A stretch of DNA of 64,000 bases from Dehalococcoidia bacterium (GCA_963665745.1 OY762443.1:2182301-2246300); one strand, 5' to 3'; positions 39,356 through 48,621 are shown, counted from the stretch's first letter. Numbers and translations are program-made. The notes: generated by a model not told the origin, from the sequence alone.

Positions 39356-40555
39356 TTACTCGGCCAAGCTGAAGGGGATGTTGGACGGCTCCGGGAACTC
39401 CTCCGGCCAGAGTATCCGGGCGAGGTCCTCGGCGCCTCGGATGTTCCAGTAGGACAGCGTGGTGAAGTGCTTGCCTTCGACCAGGTGCACTTGACTGTTC
39501 TTGATTGCCGGAAGCTCGGCGAGGGCCTCATTGTCGAGCAGGCTTTGCCGGAACTCTTCGCCGCCGAACTCGGCGGGCTGGGCGATGATGATGACCTCAG
39601 GGTTCATGGCGATGACGCCTTCGAGGCTGGTCGTCTGGTTGCCTTCGATACCCGCTTCCTCGGCAGCGTTGATGCCCCCCGCGGAGGTGATGACGCCGCC
39701 CTCGGTGGAGTTGCCGCCTGCCGTCCACAGCTTGTCCGAGTACTGCGTGAGCGCGAGTACCATGGGCTTGGGCTCCGCCTTGCCTGTTACCGCGGTGAGG
39801 GAATCGTGCCGCTCGCGCACCTCGTCCGCGAACTCGATGGCGCGTTCCTCCTCGCCGAAAATGTATCCCATGAACAGGATGCTGCTAATCCGCGCTTCGG
39901 GGTCATGCTTCAACTCGGTCTGGACGACGGGGATGCCGGTTTTCGACAGCGCCTCGATTGCCTCAGCCGGGAAGAACGGGCTGGTGACGACCACGTCCGG
40001 CGCTTTGGCGACGATGGTCTCCGGGTCGCGGGAGATCTCGTCGATGTCCTCGACGTACGAGGCGACGTTGGAGTAGGTCGCGTTCTTCGAGACGTTCCCC
40101 ACTCCCACGAGCCGGTCTCTGGGCACCAGCGCCACGGTGATTTCGTCGTGTCCGATGGAAGCGGTGATGATGCGCTGTGGCTTGGCGGGGATGCTGACCA
40201 GCCCGTTCAGCCCCTCGACCTCGCGGGGCCAGCCGAGGTTCGTCGGGTCGACTATCCCACGCACGCCTTCGAAGAAGCTGCTCACAGGCACGGGCGTCGG
40301 CGTCGGCACGGTTGTCGGTGTGGGTACCGCCGTCGGAACCGGCGTCGGAGCGACGGTGGGAACCGCGGTCGGGGGCGGCACTGCTGTTGCCGTTGGTTCC
40401 GGCGATTCCGACGAACATGCCGCCAACACAATCGCAAGCAGGACGACTGGAAGAATTGTGAGGCTCAAAAAGACTTCGTTCGCCCTGAGCCTGTCGAAGG
40501 GCGCTTCATGGCTCGACAGGCTCACTATGAACGGTTTCGTTGATTTATTGACCAT
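39356..40555 (-). CDS. Periplasmic-binding lipoprotein, BtuF/FhuD (cluster A/8) type
   Basis: Lipobox LAACSS, a Thr/Pro/Val-rich linker, then a BtuF-like domain (PQRIITASIGHDEI). The ATG at 40555 was chosen. The 155-aa Arg-rich extension in the ORF track was rejected. Confidence 0.75.
   Translation of the reverse strand: MVNKSTKPFIVSLSSHEAPFDRLRANEVFLSLTILPVVLLAIVLAACSSESPEPTATAVPPPTAVPTVAPTPVPTAVPTPTTVPTPTPVPVSSFFEGVRGIVDPTNLGWPREVEGLNGLVSIPAKPQRIITASIGHDEITVALVPRDRLVGVGNVSKNATYSNVASYVEDIDEISRDPETIVAKAPDVVVTSPFFPAEAIEALSKTGIPVVQTELKHDPEARISSILFMGYIFGEEERAIEFADEVRERHDSLTAVTGKAEPKPMVLALTQYSDKLWTAGGNSTEGGVITSAGGINAAEEAGIEGNQTTSLEGVIAMNPEVIIIAQPAEFGGEEFRQSLLDNEALAELPAIKNSQVHLVEGKHFTTLSYWNIRGAEDLARILWPEEFPEPSNIPFSLAE
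40474..40539. repeat. REP-like hairpin element ('SLSKG/FDRLRANG' family), copy A
   Basis: cgttcgccctgagcctgtcgaaggg ... ctcgacaggctcactatgaacgg, with inverted arms tgagcctgtcga / tcgacaggctca. Confidence 0.7.
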
Positions 40556-40581
40556 CTGTGACTCCTTTTCACGGCCTGCTC

Positions 40582-41694
40582 TCACAGCGAGTAGGCCTGA
40601 CGCTTGTTCTTGATGAGCAGGAAGATGAAGAACGGCGCGCCGACGAATGCCGTGAGCACGCCCACGCGGAACTCGGCGGGCTGGACGATGGTCCTCGCCA
40701 CGGTGTCGGCAACGATGACGAAGACGGCCCCGCCGGCTGCGCTCATGGGGATCAGCACCCTGTGATCCGGCCCCAACACGAGACGGAGGATGTGCGGCGT
40801 CACGAGGCCGACGAACGCGATGGTGCCGCTCACCGCGACGGCTGCCCCGGTCGCGAGGGACGCAGCCGCGAGCAGCACGGGACGCGCCATGCCGACCCGG
40901 ACGCCCATGGAACGCGCCTCGTCGTCGCCGAGCATCAGCAGGTTCAGGTCGCGCGCCATGAGGACGATAACCGCCGTAGCGCCGAGGATGAGCGGCGCGG
41001 AGATGCGGACGTGCTCCCACGAGCGCGAGTCGAGACCGCCGGCGAGCCAGAACAGTATCTCGCGCAGGGCTTCGTTATCCGGCAGGAGGATGATGATCGC
41101 CGAGACGACCGCGCCGAGGAAGGCGTTCACCGCCACTCCGGCGAGCAGCAGCGTCGCCATCGAGAAGCGCCCGCCCACTGCCGCGATGCCATACACCAGG
41201 AACGACGCCGCGATCGCGCCCACGAACGCGAAGGTCGGTAGCGCGAGGAAGAACAGCCCCGTCAGCCCCGTCGCGATGGCGATCACCGCGCCCACCGCTC
41301 CGCCTGCGGAGACCCCGATGATCCCGGGATCCGCCATCGGGTTGCGGAAGAGGCCCTGCATCGTCGCCCCCGCGACCCCGAGCGCCATCCCGACCGTAGC
41401 GCCGACTACTATCCGGGGCAGCCTGATCTGCTCGATGACCAGCTGCTCGGTGCGCCCGAAGTCGGCCAGGTTCAGGCCGACGTACGACAGCAGAATCGAG
41501 ACCACGCGGCTCGCCGGTATCTCGACCGGCCCGAGGTTCAGCGAGACGAGCGCGACCGCCAGAATCACCACCAGCAGCGCCGACGAGCCGACCGCCAACC
41601 GCGTGGAGACGCCCGACTGCCGATACCCCCGCAGCGCCGTGACGCTTGCCGTCCTCAACAAAAAAGACCTCCGCGGCTCTCCGCAGGAGGTCAT
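40582..41694 (-). CDS. FecCD-family ABC transporter permease (BtuC-like)
   Basis: Polytopic protein with the FecCD pattern (IRLPRIVVGATVG.. and a C-terminal FFIFLL). Confidence 0.85.
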   Translation of the reverse strand: MTSCGEPRRSFLLRTASVTALRGYRQSGVSTRLAVGSSALLVVILAVALVSLNLGPVEIPASRVVSILLSYVGLNLADFGRTEQLVIEQIRLPRIVVGATVGMALGVAGATMQGLFRNPMADPGIIGVSAGGAVGAVIAIATGLTGLFFLALPTFAFVGAIAASFLVYGIAAVGGRFSMATLLLAGVAVNAFLGAVVSAIIILLPDNEALREILFWLAGGLDSRSWEHVRISAPLILGATAVIVLMARDLNLLMLGDDEARSMGVRVGMARPVLLAAASLATGAAVAVSGTIAFVGLVTPHILRLVLGPDHRVLIPMSAAGGAVFVIVADTVARTIVQPAEFRVGVLTAFVGAPFFIFLLIKNKRQAYSL

Positions 41695-41744
41695 CGTTTC
41701 GCTCTGTCCGGGACCTAATGCCCGACGACCGAGGGACCCTCTCT

Positions 41745-41935
41745 AAGGCGGAGAGCGGTCACCTTCCGTTCAGGCAGGTCTCCTGGCTCGCGGGCGGATT
41801 TACATCAGCCTCGCCCTTCCCATCGAATCATCGACAGTGGGCTTCGGCCCCAAATCCCGCTTACAGTGGCGCTACCGCGGCGGACTCTCACCGCCTTCCC
41901 TATTCTCCCAACGTGGGCACCCGAACGGGCAGTGC
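41745..41935 (-). promoter_or_regulatory. Cobalamin (B12) riboswitch upstream of the btuC-like operon
   Basis: The minus strand reads GGGAAGGCGGTGAGAGTCCGCC..GCGCCACTG..GGGAAGG.. and the B12 box AGCCAGGAGACCTGCC (plus 41773..41787). It lies directly 5' of the operon. The boundaries are approximate. Confidence 0.75.
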
Positions 41936-41991
41936 TTCTATATTTTTCTGGCCGACATAATAGGCGCAGGGCAGGGGAGTGTCAAGGGGGT

Positions 41992-42017
41992 GGATTCCCG
42001 CCTTCGCGGGAATGACG
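41992..42017. repeat. REP-like hairpin ('attcccgc-N4-gcgggaat' family)
   Basis: ggattcccgccttcgcgggaatgacg. The same motif recurs at 42496, 51388 (degenerate) and 55805. Confidence 0.7.
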
Positions 42018-42332
42018 TTACGCCCCGTCTTCCTCCGAGTCATCGTCGTCGAGCCAGCCGTACTTGGTGGCGAGGCGCACCCACAGCCGACGGGTCATCT
42101 CCGCATCATGACGCATCTCAGCAAGTTGTTCTCGATGACGCTCAAGCTGTTCCCGATGGTCAGCAAGCATCTCCCGGTGATCAGCAAGCTGTTCCTGATG
42201 ATCAGCAAACCGTTCCTCATGACGCTCAAGCAGGTCCTCCTGCCGTTGGACCATGCCGGCGACGGTCGCCGTCAACTCGGTTAGAATGCTGTCCGTCTCT
42301 TCAAGGCGCTGAAGTCTGGCTTCGGTTGTCAT
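42018..42332 (-). CDS. Hypothetical coiled-coil protein with heptad (21-bp) repeats
   Basis: ERHEERFADHQEQLADHREMLADHREQLERHREQLAE is encoded by five imperfect 21-bp tandem units at 42134..42238. Confidence 0.45.
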   Translation of the reverse strand: MTTEARLQRLEETDSILTELTATVAGMVQRQEDLLERHEERFADHQEQLADHREMLADHREQLERHREQLAEMRHDAEMTRRLWVRLATKYGWLDDDDSEEDGA

Positions 42333-42400
42333 ACGTCGCCTCCTTGCCTGCTCTCATCATACATCAATCACATCCCCCACGCCGTCCTCTACTTGAACCC

Positions 42401-42476
42401 CCGTTCACCCTGAGCCTGTCGAAGGGTGAGCCTGTCCAAGACCGGCTTCATGGTTCGACAGGCTCACCACGAACGG
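42401..42476. repeat. REP-like hairpin element ('SLSKG/FDRLRANG' family), copy B
   Basis: ccgttcaccctgagcctgtcgaaggg...ttcgacaggctcaccacgaacgg. Confidence 0.7.
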
Positions 42477-42495
42477 TTTTGCTTATCCCCTCTCC

Positions 42496-42521
42496 CGTCA
42501 TTCCCGCGAACGCGGGAATCC
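42496..42521. repeat. REP-like hairpin ('attcccgc-N4-gcgggaat' family)
   Basis: cgtcattcccgcgaacgcgggaatcc. Confidence 0.7.
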
Positions 42522-42533
42522 ATCCCCCCTAGA

Positions 42534-42572
42534 ACCCAGCACCCAGCACCCAGCACCCAGCACCCAGCACCC
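42534..42572. repeat. Heptanucleotide microsatellite (acccagc) x5 plus a partial unit
   Basis: Five perfect tandem acccagc units read directly from the sequence, about 190 nt upstream of the giant surface-protein gene. Confidence 0.9.
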
Positions 42573-42759
42573 CTCCGCGCCGAAATTCTTAGACCGAATC
42601 TTATATTTCTCCCATTCCGACACCCCTATTCCGATTGACACCAACTGGGGGAGGGGGAGTAGCCTAGTCACATATCGCCTTTTACCGCGACCGCCACTTC
42701 GCGCGCGGACGCACAGAGGCACGGAAGCCTCCTCAATCACGGAGACCTCGGAGGAATCA

Positions 42760-45700
42760 ATGACTCGCAGAACACCCCTCACCACCATCGCCGCCGCTCT
42801 CGCCCTCGCTCTTGCGCTGCTCGTGGCAGTCATGCTGCCCGCGGATAACGCCGTCTACGCGGCCGATCCTGGGTTCGACGACAATACCGACACACGGGAG
42901 ATTCCTGAGAACACGCCGCCGGGCGTCAACATCGGCAATCCCATCTCGGCCACCGACGCCGACGAGGGCGCGATCGAGTACGCGGACACGCTGACCTACA
43001 GCCTCGGCGGCACGGACGCGGCGTCCTTCGACATCGACGCCTCGACCGGACAGCTCATCACCAAGGCCCCGCTGGACGCGGAGACGAAGACCAGCTACTC
43101 GGTGACGGTGACGGTCAAGGACAGCACTGGCACTAGCATAACCAAGACCGTGGGGATCACGGTGAATGGCGTTGCCGAGGCTCCGGGCGCGGTCGCCGCG
43201 CCGACGGTAGTGTCGGCGGACGTGGATAACGACCCAACGAACAACTACGAGTTGAAGGTTATCTGGTATGCCCCCGACGACACGGGGGACGGCGTTACGG
43301 GCTACGACGTGCAGTATAAGAAGACCACTGCCGCCGGCTTCACCGATTTCGCCCATAGCGGCACGACCGCGACCGCCAACATCACCGGACTGGACCTCGA
43401 CACGGCCTACCACGTGCGGGTGCGGGCCAAGAAAGGTGACAATGCTGGGGATCTCGGCCCCTGGTCGCTGTCGAGCACAGGGTCGACCAACAAGAAGGAC
43501 AACGACCTGCCCACGTTCGGAGATACCGCCATCACGCTGAACGTGTCGGAGAATGCCGAGGCGGGGCTGGTCGTCGGCACCCCGGTCAGCGCGACGGACG
43601 ACGATAACGTGCTCCCTCTGAGCTACCGGCTCCACGGCCCGGACGCCAACTCGTTCGACCTGCAGGCCTCGACCGGGCAGATACGGACGAAGAGGGGCGT
43701 GGTCTACGACTTCGAGAAGAAGCCCGCACTCAACGTGACGATGACCGTCTCGGACGGGCAGGGAGGGACCGACGCGACGGCGGTGACCATCAGCGTCACG
43801 GACGTGCCCGAGGCGCCGTCGAAGCCGGACCGCCCGACGGTCCGCGCGACACAGGGATCGAGCAGGAGCCTCGACGTGAGCTGGAAGGCGCCCGCCAACA
43901 CGGGGCCGGCCATCACCGGCTACGATCTGCGGTACCGCAAAGGCAGCAGCGGCAGCTTCACACGCATTCAGCTCACGGGCACGGGAACCACCCACACTAT
44001 TGCGCCCCCGGACGATGAGAGCACCACCGACGTCGATGAGCGCCTCACGCCCGGCGCCTCCTACGAGGTGTACGTGCGGGCTAAGAGCCCCGAAAAGACC
44101 GTCGGCGGCGAGTGGTCGGCGGCAGGCACGGGGAGGACGAGCGCCGGCAACAAAGAGCCGGTATTCGGTGACAGGTCCAGCCTGACCGACCAAAATCCCA
44201 CCACCCCGCGTACCGTGGCCGAGAACACCCGGGCGGGGCAGTCCGTCGGAAAAGCAGTCTCAGCATCGGACGGAAACGGTGACAAGCGGACCTACAGGCT
44301 GGTCACGGCGAATGTCGCGGCACACGTGGCCAAGTTCGACATCAACGAGTCGACCGGGCAGATCCTGACCAAGGCCCCCCTGAATCACGAGGCGGATGAC
44401 TGCGGATACGATGATTCGGCTAACCCAACCGTATGCACCTACACGGTGAAGGTGCAGGTCTGGGACGGTCTCGACGAGCACAGGAACAAGCAGGATGCCT
44501 CCGTCCTCAACGACGACAACACCGATAACGACAGCACCATCATCGACGACACGATCACGGTGAATATCACGGTGAGCGACGTGGCCGAGAAACCGGCCGC
44601 GCCGGCGGTGACGGTCACGTCACTCGCGAACGGCACGGACCTAGTAGTAACGTGGACGGCGCCGGACAACACGGGGCCGGCCATCACCGGCTACCGGTTG
44701 GAGTGCACCGGCACCCCCACGCCACCCGAAGCCCAGTGTCCCAAGGACGACATTGCTGCGAACCTCCTCACGCACACGATAACGGGGCTCACCGCGAACA
44801 AGTCCTACCGGGTGCGACTGCGGGCGGAGAGCGACGAGGGCGACGGCGCGTGGTCGAGCTGGGTCACACAGTCGACCAACAAAGACGGAAACAACCTGCC
44901 CTCTTTCACTACCACACCTGGGAACCTGTATGTGGCCGAGGACGCTCCTTCGGCCCAGCAATCGCTCACCACGGACAGCGACGGGCAGACTGTGGCCTCC
45001 CTGGAGGGGGACGACCAGGACGGCGACACGCTTACCCTTCGTCTCGAAGGCCCCGGCGCGAGCCGGTTCACCATCGACAACACATCCGGGCAGATAAAGA
45101 CGAGGTCCAAGCTGAATTATGAGGACGCCGCCGCCTACGCGGTGAGGGTGAAGCTTTCCGACCCCAATGGCGGCAGCATCTTTCACGCCTTGACTATCAA
45201 CGTCACGGACAAGAACGAGCCGCCTGCGGCGCCTTCCGCGCCGAGGGTGACGGCCACGAAGGACTCGGGCTGGAGCCTCGAAGTGACGTGGAGCGAGCCG
45301 CGCAACGACGGCCCCTCCATCACCGGCTACCAGATACGGTACCGCAAAACCGGGGAGAATCCTCCTGCCGCTTGGCAGCAATGGCCCCCCGATGAAAGCA
45401 ATGTCACGGGCAGGAGCGTCAAGATAACGACCAGCGATACAGCGCCCGGTAATACTGCACAAGTGCACCTGGAGCCCAGCACGCAGTACGAGGTGCAGGT
45501 GCGGGCGCTGAACGGAGAGGGAGACTCAACCTTCGCCAACGCCAACAACTGGTCGACGTCGGGTCGTGGCACGACCGGCAAGGGCAACAGGAGGCCGGTC
45601 TTCGCGAGCACGGCGGCCGTCGTCGAGCTGGAAGTGGAGGAAAACACGCGGTCGGGGCAGAACGTGGGCAGCGCCGTGGAGGCCACGGACGCCGACAAGA

Positions 45701-48609
45701 ACGGGCTGACGTACACCCTCGAGGGGCCGGGCAAGGACTCCTTCAGCATCACCAGCTCGGGGCAGATACGGACGAGGTCGCCCCTCAACTACGAGGAGAG
45801 GAACAAGTACGCCCTTACGGTGAAGGTGGATGACAGACAGAATAAAGACAACAGCGTCGCCACCAAGCCGGTGACCATTACGGTAACGGACCGGCGGGAG
45901 GCGCCGTCCGCGCCCAGCGCGCCGAAGGTGACGGGGATACCCGGCTCGACGGACAGCGTGCGTGTCACGTGGGACGAGCCCGCGAACGCTGGGCCGCCCA
46001 TCATCCGCTACAACGTTCAGTGGGCCGTTAGCGGGAGCCGTGACTCTTTTACTAGGGCCGATCCTCCCCTCGGCAGCGCGGACAGGAGCGCGGTCATCAC
46101 GGGGCTGACGGCGGGCACGCGCTATGATGTGCAGGTGCGGGCAGTGACCCTCGACGAGGACCACAGCGACTGGTCGAGCTCGGGGACGGGTTCGCCGAAC
46201 CCGGACCAGGAGAACAGGCGACCCGCCTTTGCCACCCGCTCCTACACGTTCAGCGTGGCGGAGAACACGTCGCCGGGTGCCAACGTCGGCGACCTCGTCG
46301 CGGCCCTCGACCAGGACGGGGACACGCTGATCTACGCCCTGGAAGGGGTGGACGCCGACTCGTTCGACATCATAACCACCAACGCCGCCGCGCAGATACA
46401 GACGAAGGCGGCATTGAACCACGAGGAGAAGGCGAGCTACTCGGTGTCGGTGCGGGCGCGCGACGGCAGGGGCGGAACCGACGCGGTGAACGTGACCATC
46501 AGGGTGACGGACGTGGACGACGAGGCCCCGGACACGCCGTTCGCTCCGACGGTGACGGCGATATCGAGCACGAGCGTCCAGGTGAGCTGGGACGCGCCCG
46601 CGAACGAAGGCCCGCCCATCACCGACTACGACTACCGGTACAAGGAATTCGGGACCGCCGACTGGACGGAGGTCTCGAACACGACGATATCGGGAACGAC
46701 GGCGACTATCGACAGTCTCACGGCGAGCACGTCCTACGACGTCGAGGTGCGGGCGAACAACGCCGAGGGCAAGAGCGAGTGGTCGAATCCGGGCAACGGC
46801 GCGACCAACGCGCCCGGCGCGAACAACCTGCCCGTGTTCTCCGACGGCACGAGCGCGACCCGGAGCATAAGCGCGAGCGCGCAGCCGAATACGCCCATAG
46901 GTGATCCCATCGCGGCAACGGACGCCGATTCCGGCGACACGCTGACGTACACGCTCGAAGGGCGCGACGCCGCGAATTTCGACATCACCAGTACGACCGG
47001 CCAGCTTCTCACCAAGTCCGGCGTCACGCTGATCGTCGGAGATACGTACACGGTGACGGTCGCCGTCAGCGACACGAAGGACACGACGCGGATCGACGTC
47101 ACCATCAACGCCACCGCCGCGCCTCCGAACAACCCGCCCGTGTTCTCGGGTACGTCCCGGTCGTTCACGGTGCGCGAGAACGCCTCGGCGGGCACGGCCA
47201 TCGGCAGCCCCGTCACGGCCACCGACGCCGACGCCGGCGACACGCTGACGTACACGCTGGAAGGCACGGACAAGGACTCGTTCAGCATCGGTTCGAGCTC
47301 GGGCCAGATCGTCACGAAGGCGAACGTCGCCCTGACGATCGGCGCGACGCACAGCGTCACCGTGGTCGCGACCGACAACAACGCGGGCAGAGCCACCATC
47401 GCGGTGACCATCACCGTCATCCGCGGCTCGTTCGGCTGCGCGACCAACGGCGCCGTCACGGACAGCACGAACACCGGCCTCGTCTCCGACTGCGAGGCCC
47501 TCCTGTCCGCCAGAAGCACGCTGGAGGGCGCCAACCCCAACGCCGTCCTGAACTGGACGGCGAGCAGGCCGATCACGGAATGGCAGGGCGTCTGGCTGAG
47601 CGGGACGCCTGCGCGAGTCGGGGTCATCAGTCTCCCTCGCCGGAATCTCAGCGGGACGATCCCCGCGGAACTGGGGCGGCTCAGCGGCCTCACCCGGCTG
47701 ATCCTGCACAGCAACTCGCTGACGGGGTCGATTCCGAGCGAGATCGGCAACCTGACGAACCTCCAGGATCTCATCCTGCACAACAACAGCCTGTCGGGCA
47801 ATTTCCCGAACCTGAGCCGCCTGAGCCGCCTCAAGAAGCTCTGGCTCTCCGGCGCGAACAACAGGATCGGGCAGGGCGGAGGCATTCCGACGTGGCTCAA
47901 CAACCTCACCGGCCTGGAGGAGCTTAACCTCTGGGGCAACGAGATAGGCGGAACCATTCCGAACCTGAGCCGCCTGTCCAACCTGAAGCTCCTGAAGCTC
48001 CAGAACAACAGCCTGACGGGAACTATCCCCGCGTGGTTCGGAGATATGAGCAGCCTGAGCGGCCTCTATCTCCACGCCAACAACCTGAACGGGAGTATCC
48101 CCGCGGACCTCGGGCGGCTCACCGGACTGCGGCGGCTGTGGCTCGACAGGAACGCCCTGACGGGGAGCATCCCGACCGCGCTGAGCGGGATGACCAACCT
48201 CGGAACGCTGAACCTGCACACCAACCAGCTGACGGGCAGCATCCCGCCGCAGCTCAGCAACCTGAGCAGGCTCCAGCACATCGGCCTCCACAACAACCGG
48301 CTGACCGGAATCATCCCATCGCAGTTGGGGTCTATGGGCGAACTGACGCGGCTGGCGGTGTCGAACAACCAGCTATCGGGGACGATCCCGCCGGAGCTCG
48401 GCGCGTTGCCAAAGCTGTCGCTGCTCTGGATCCACGGAAACGGCCTGACGGGGACGATCCCGTCGCAGCTCGGCGACCTCGGCGACACCCTGACCAACTT
48501 CAAGCTCGCCGGCAACAGCTTCGACGTCGACGCCTGCATCCCAAGCGCCCTAGCGAACGTGCGCACGAACGACTACGCCGACGCGGGCCTCACCGCCTGC
48601 ACGCAGTAG
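42760..48609 (+). CDS. Giant secreted/surface protein: signal peptide, alternating cadherin-like and fibronectin type III modules, C-terminal plant-type leucine-rich repeats
   Basis: N-terminal signal/anchor AAALALALALLVAV. Eight cadherin-like units (ENT..G..VG.PV.ATDAD.GDTLTY.L.G.D...F). Six FN3 units (P..V....S..SL.V.W..P.N.GP.ITGY...Y). LRRs of the form L..L.L..N.LTGSIP..LG.L start at about nt 47428. Confidence 0.85.
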   Translation: MTRRTPLTTIAAALALALALLVAVMLPADNAVYAADPGFDDNTDTREIPENTPPGVNIGNPISATDADEGAIEYADTLTYSLGGTDAASFDIDASTGQLITKAPLDAETKTSYSVTVTVKDSTGTSITKTVGITVNGVAEAPGAVAAPTVVSADVDNDPTNNYELKVIWYAPDDTGDGVTGYDVQYKKTTAAGFTDFAHSGTTATANITGLDLDTAYHVRVRAKKGDNAGDLGPWSLSSTGSTNKKDNDLPTFGDTAITLNVSENAEAGLVVGTPVSATDDDNVLPLSYRLHGPDANSFDLQASTGQIRTKRGVVYDFEKKPALNVTMTVSDGQGGTDATAVTISVTDVPEAPSKPDRPTVRATQGSSRSLDVSWKAPANTGPAITGYDLRYRKGSSGSFTRIQLTGTGTTHTIAPPDDESTTDVDERLTPGASYEVYVRAKSPEKTVGGEWSAAGTGRTSAGNKEPVFGDRSSLTDQNPTTPRTVAENTRAGQSVGKAVSASDGNGDKRTYRLVTANVAAHVAKFDINESTGQILTKAPLNHEADDCGYDDSANPTVCTYTVKVQVWDGLDEHRNKQDASVLNDDNTDNDSTIIDDTITVNITVSDVAEKPAAPAVTVTSLANGTDLVVTWTAPDNTGPAITGYRLECTGTPTPPEAQCPKDDIAANLLTHTITGLTANKSYRVRLRAESDEGDGAWSSWVTQSTNKDGNNLPSFTTTPGNLYVAEDAPSAQQSLTTDSDGQTVASLEGDDQDGDTLTLRLEGPGASRFTIDNTSGQIKTRSKLNYEDAAAYAVRVKLSDPNGGSIFHALTINVTDKNEPPAAPSAPRVTATKDSGWSLEVTWSEPRNDGPSITGYQIRYRKTGENPPAAWQQWPPDESNVTGRSVKITTSDTAPGNTAQVHLEPSTQYEVQVRALNGEGDSTFANANNWSTSGRGTTGKGNRRPVFASTAAVVELEVEENTRSGQNVGSAVEATDADKNGLTYTLEGPGKDSFSITSSGQIRTRSPLNYEERNKYALTVKVDDRQNKDNSVATKPVTITVTDRREAPSAPSAPKVTGIPGSTDSVRVTWDEPANAGPPIIRYNVQWAVSGSRDSFTRADPPLGSADRSAVITGLTAGTRYDVQVRAVTLDEDHSDWSSSGTGSPNPDQENRRPAFATRSYTFSVAENTSPGANVGDLVAALDQDGDTLIYALEGVDADSFDIITTNAAAQIQTKAALNHEEKASYSVSVRARDGRGGTDAVNVTIRVTDVDDEAPDTPFAPTVTAISSTSVQVSWDAPANEGPPITDYDYRYKEFGTADWTEVSNTTISGTTATIDSLTASTSYDVEVRANNAEGKSEWSNPGNGATNAPGANNLPVFSDGTSATRSISASAQPNTPIGDPIAATDADSGDTLTYTLEGRDAANFDITSTTGQLLTKSGVTLIVGDTYTVTVAVSDTKDTTRIDVTINATAAPPNNPPVFSGTSRSFTVRENASAGTAIGSPVTATDADAGDTLTYTLEGTDKDSFSIGSSSGQIVTKANVALTIGATHSVTVVATDNNAGRATIAVTITVIRGSFGCATNGAVTDSTNTGLVSDCEALLSARSTLEGANPNAVLNWTASRPITEWQGVWLSGTPARVGVISLPRRNLSGTIPAELGRLSGLTRLILHSNSLTGSIPSEIGNLTNLQDLILHNNSLSGNFPNLSRLSRLKKLWLSGANNRIGQGGGIPTWLNNLTGLEELNLWGNEIGGTIPNLSRLSNLKLLKLQNNSLTGTIPAWFGDMSSLSGLYLHANNLNGSIPADLGRLTGLRRLWLDRNALTGSIPTALSGMTNLGTLNLHTNQLTGSIPPQLSNLSRLQHIGLHNNRLTGIIPSQLGSMGELTRLAVSNNQLSGTIPPELGALPKLSLLWIHGNGLTGTIPSQLGDLGDTLTNFKLAGNSFDVDACIPSALANVRTNDYADAGLTACTQ

Positions 48610-48621
48610 CGCTGGATGCAC

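Noticed and set aside
39164-40543. 459-aa plus-strand ORF, and the 554-aa extended form (39356..41020) of the binding-protein ORF
   Set aside because: The plus-strand ORF is antisense to the ATPase and BtuF-like genes. The 155-aa N-terminal extension of the minus ORF is Arg/His/Gly-rich and overlaps the upstream permease gene. An ATG at 40555 with a lipoprotein signal is the credible start.
41837-42532. 231-aa plus-strand ORF across the intergenic repeat field
   Set aside because: Its product is a concatenation of translated REP-like elements (LSLSKGEP, PVIPANAGIH) and the antisense of the coiled-coil ORF. This is a repeat-translation artefact.
45526-48291. 921-aa minus-strand ORF, plus the other long antisense ORFs at 42757..44193, 44641..45468 and 46734..48008, all opposite the giant surface-protein gene
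   Set aside because: The products are extremely Arg/Gly/Pro/Val-rich and low in complexity, with no motifs. They lie fully antisense to a well-supported modular CDS, which is a typical artefact of high GC and a lack of stop codons.
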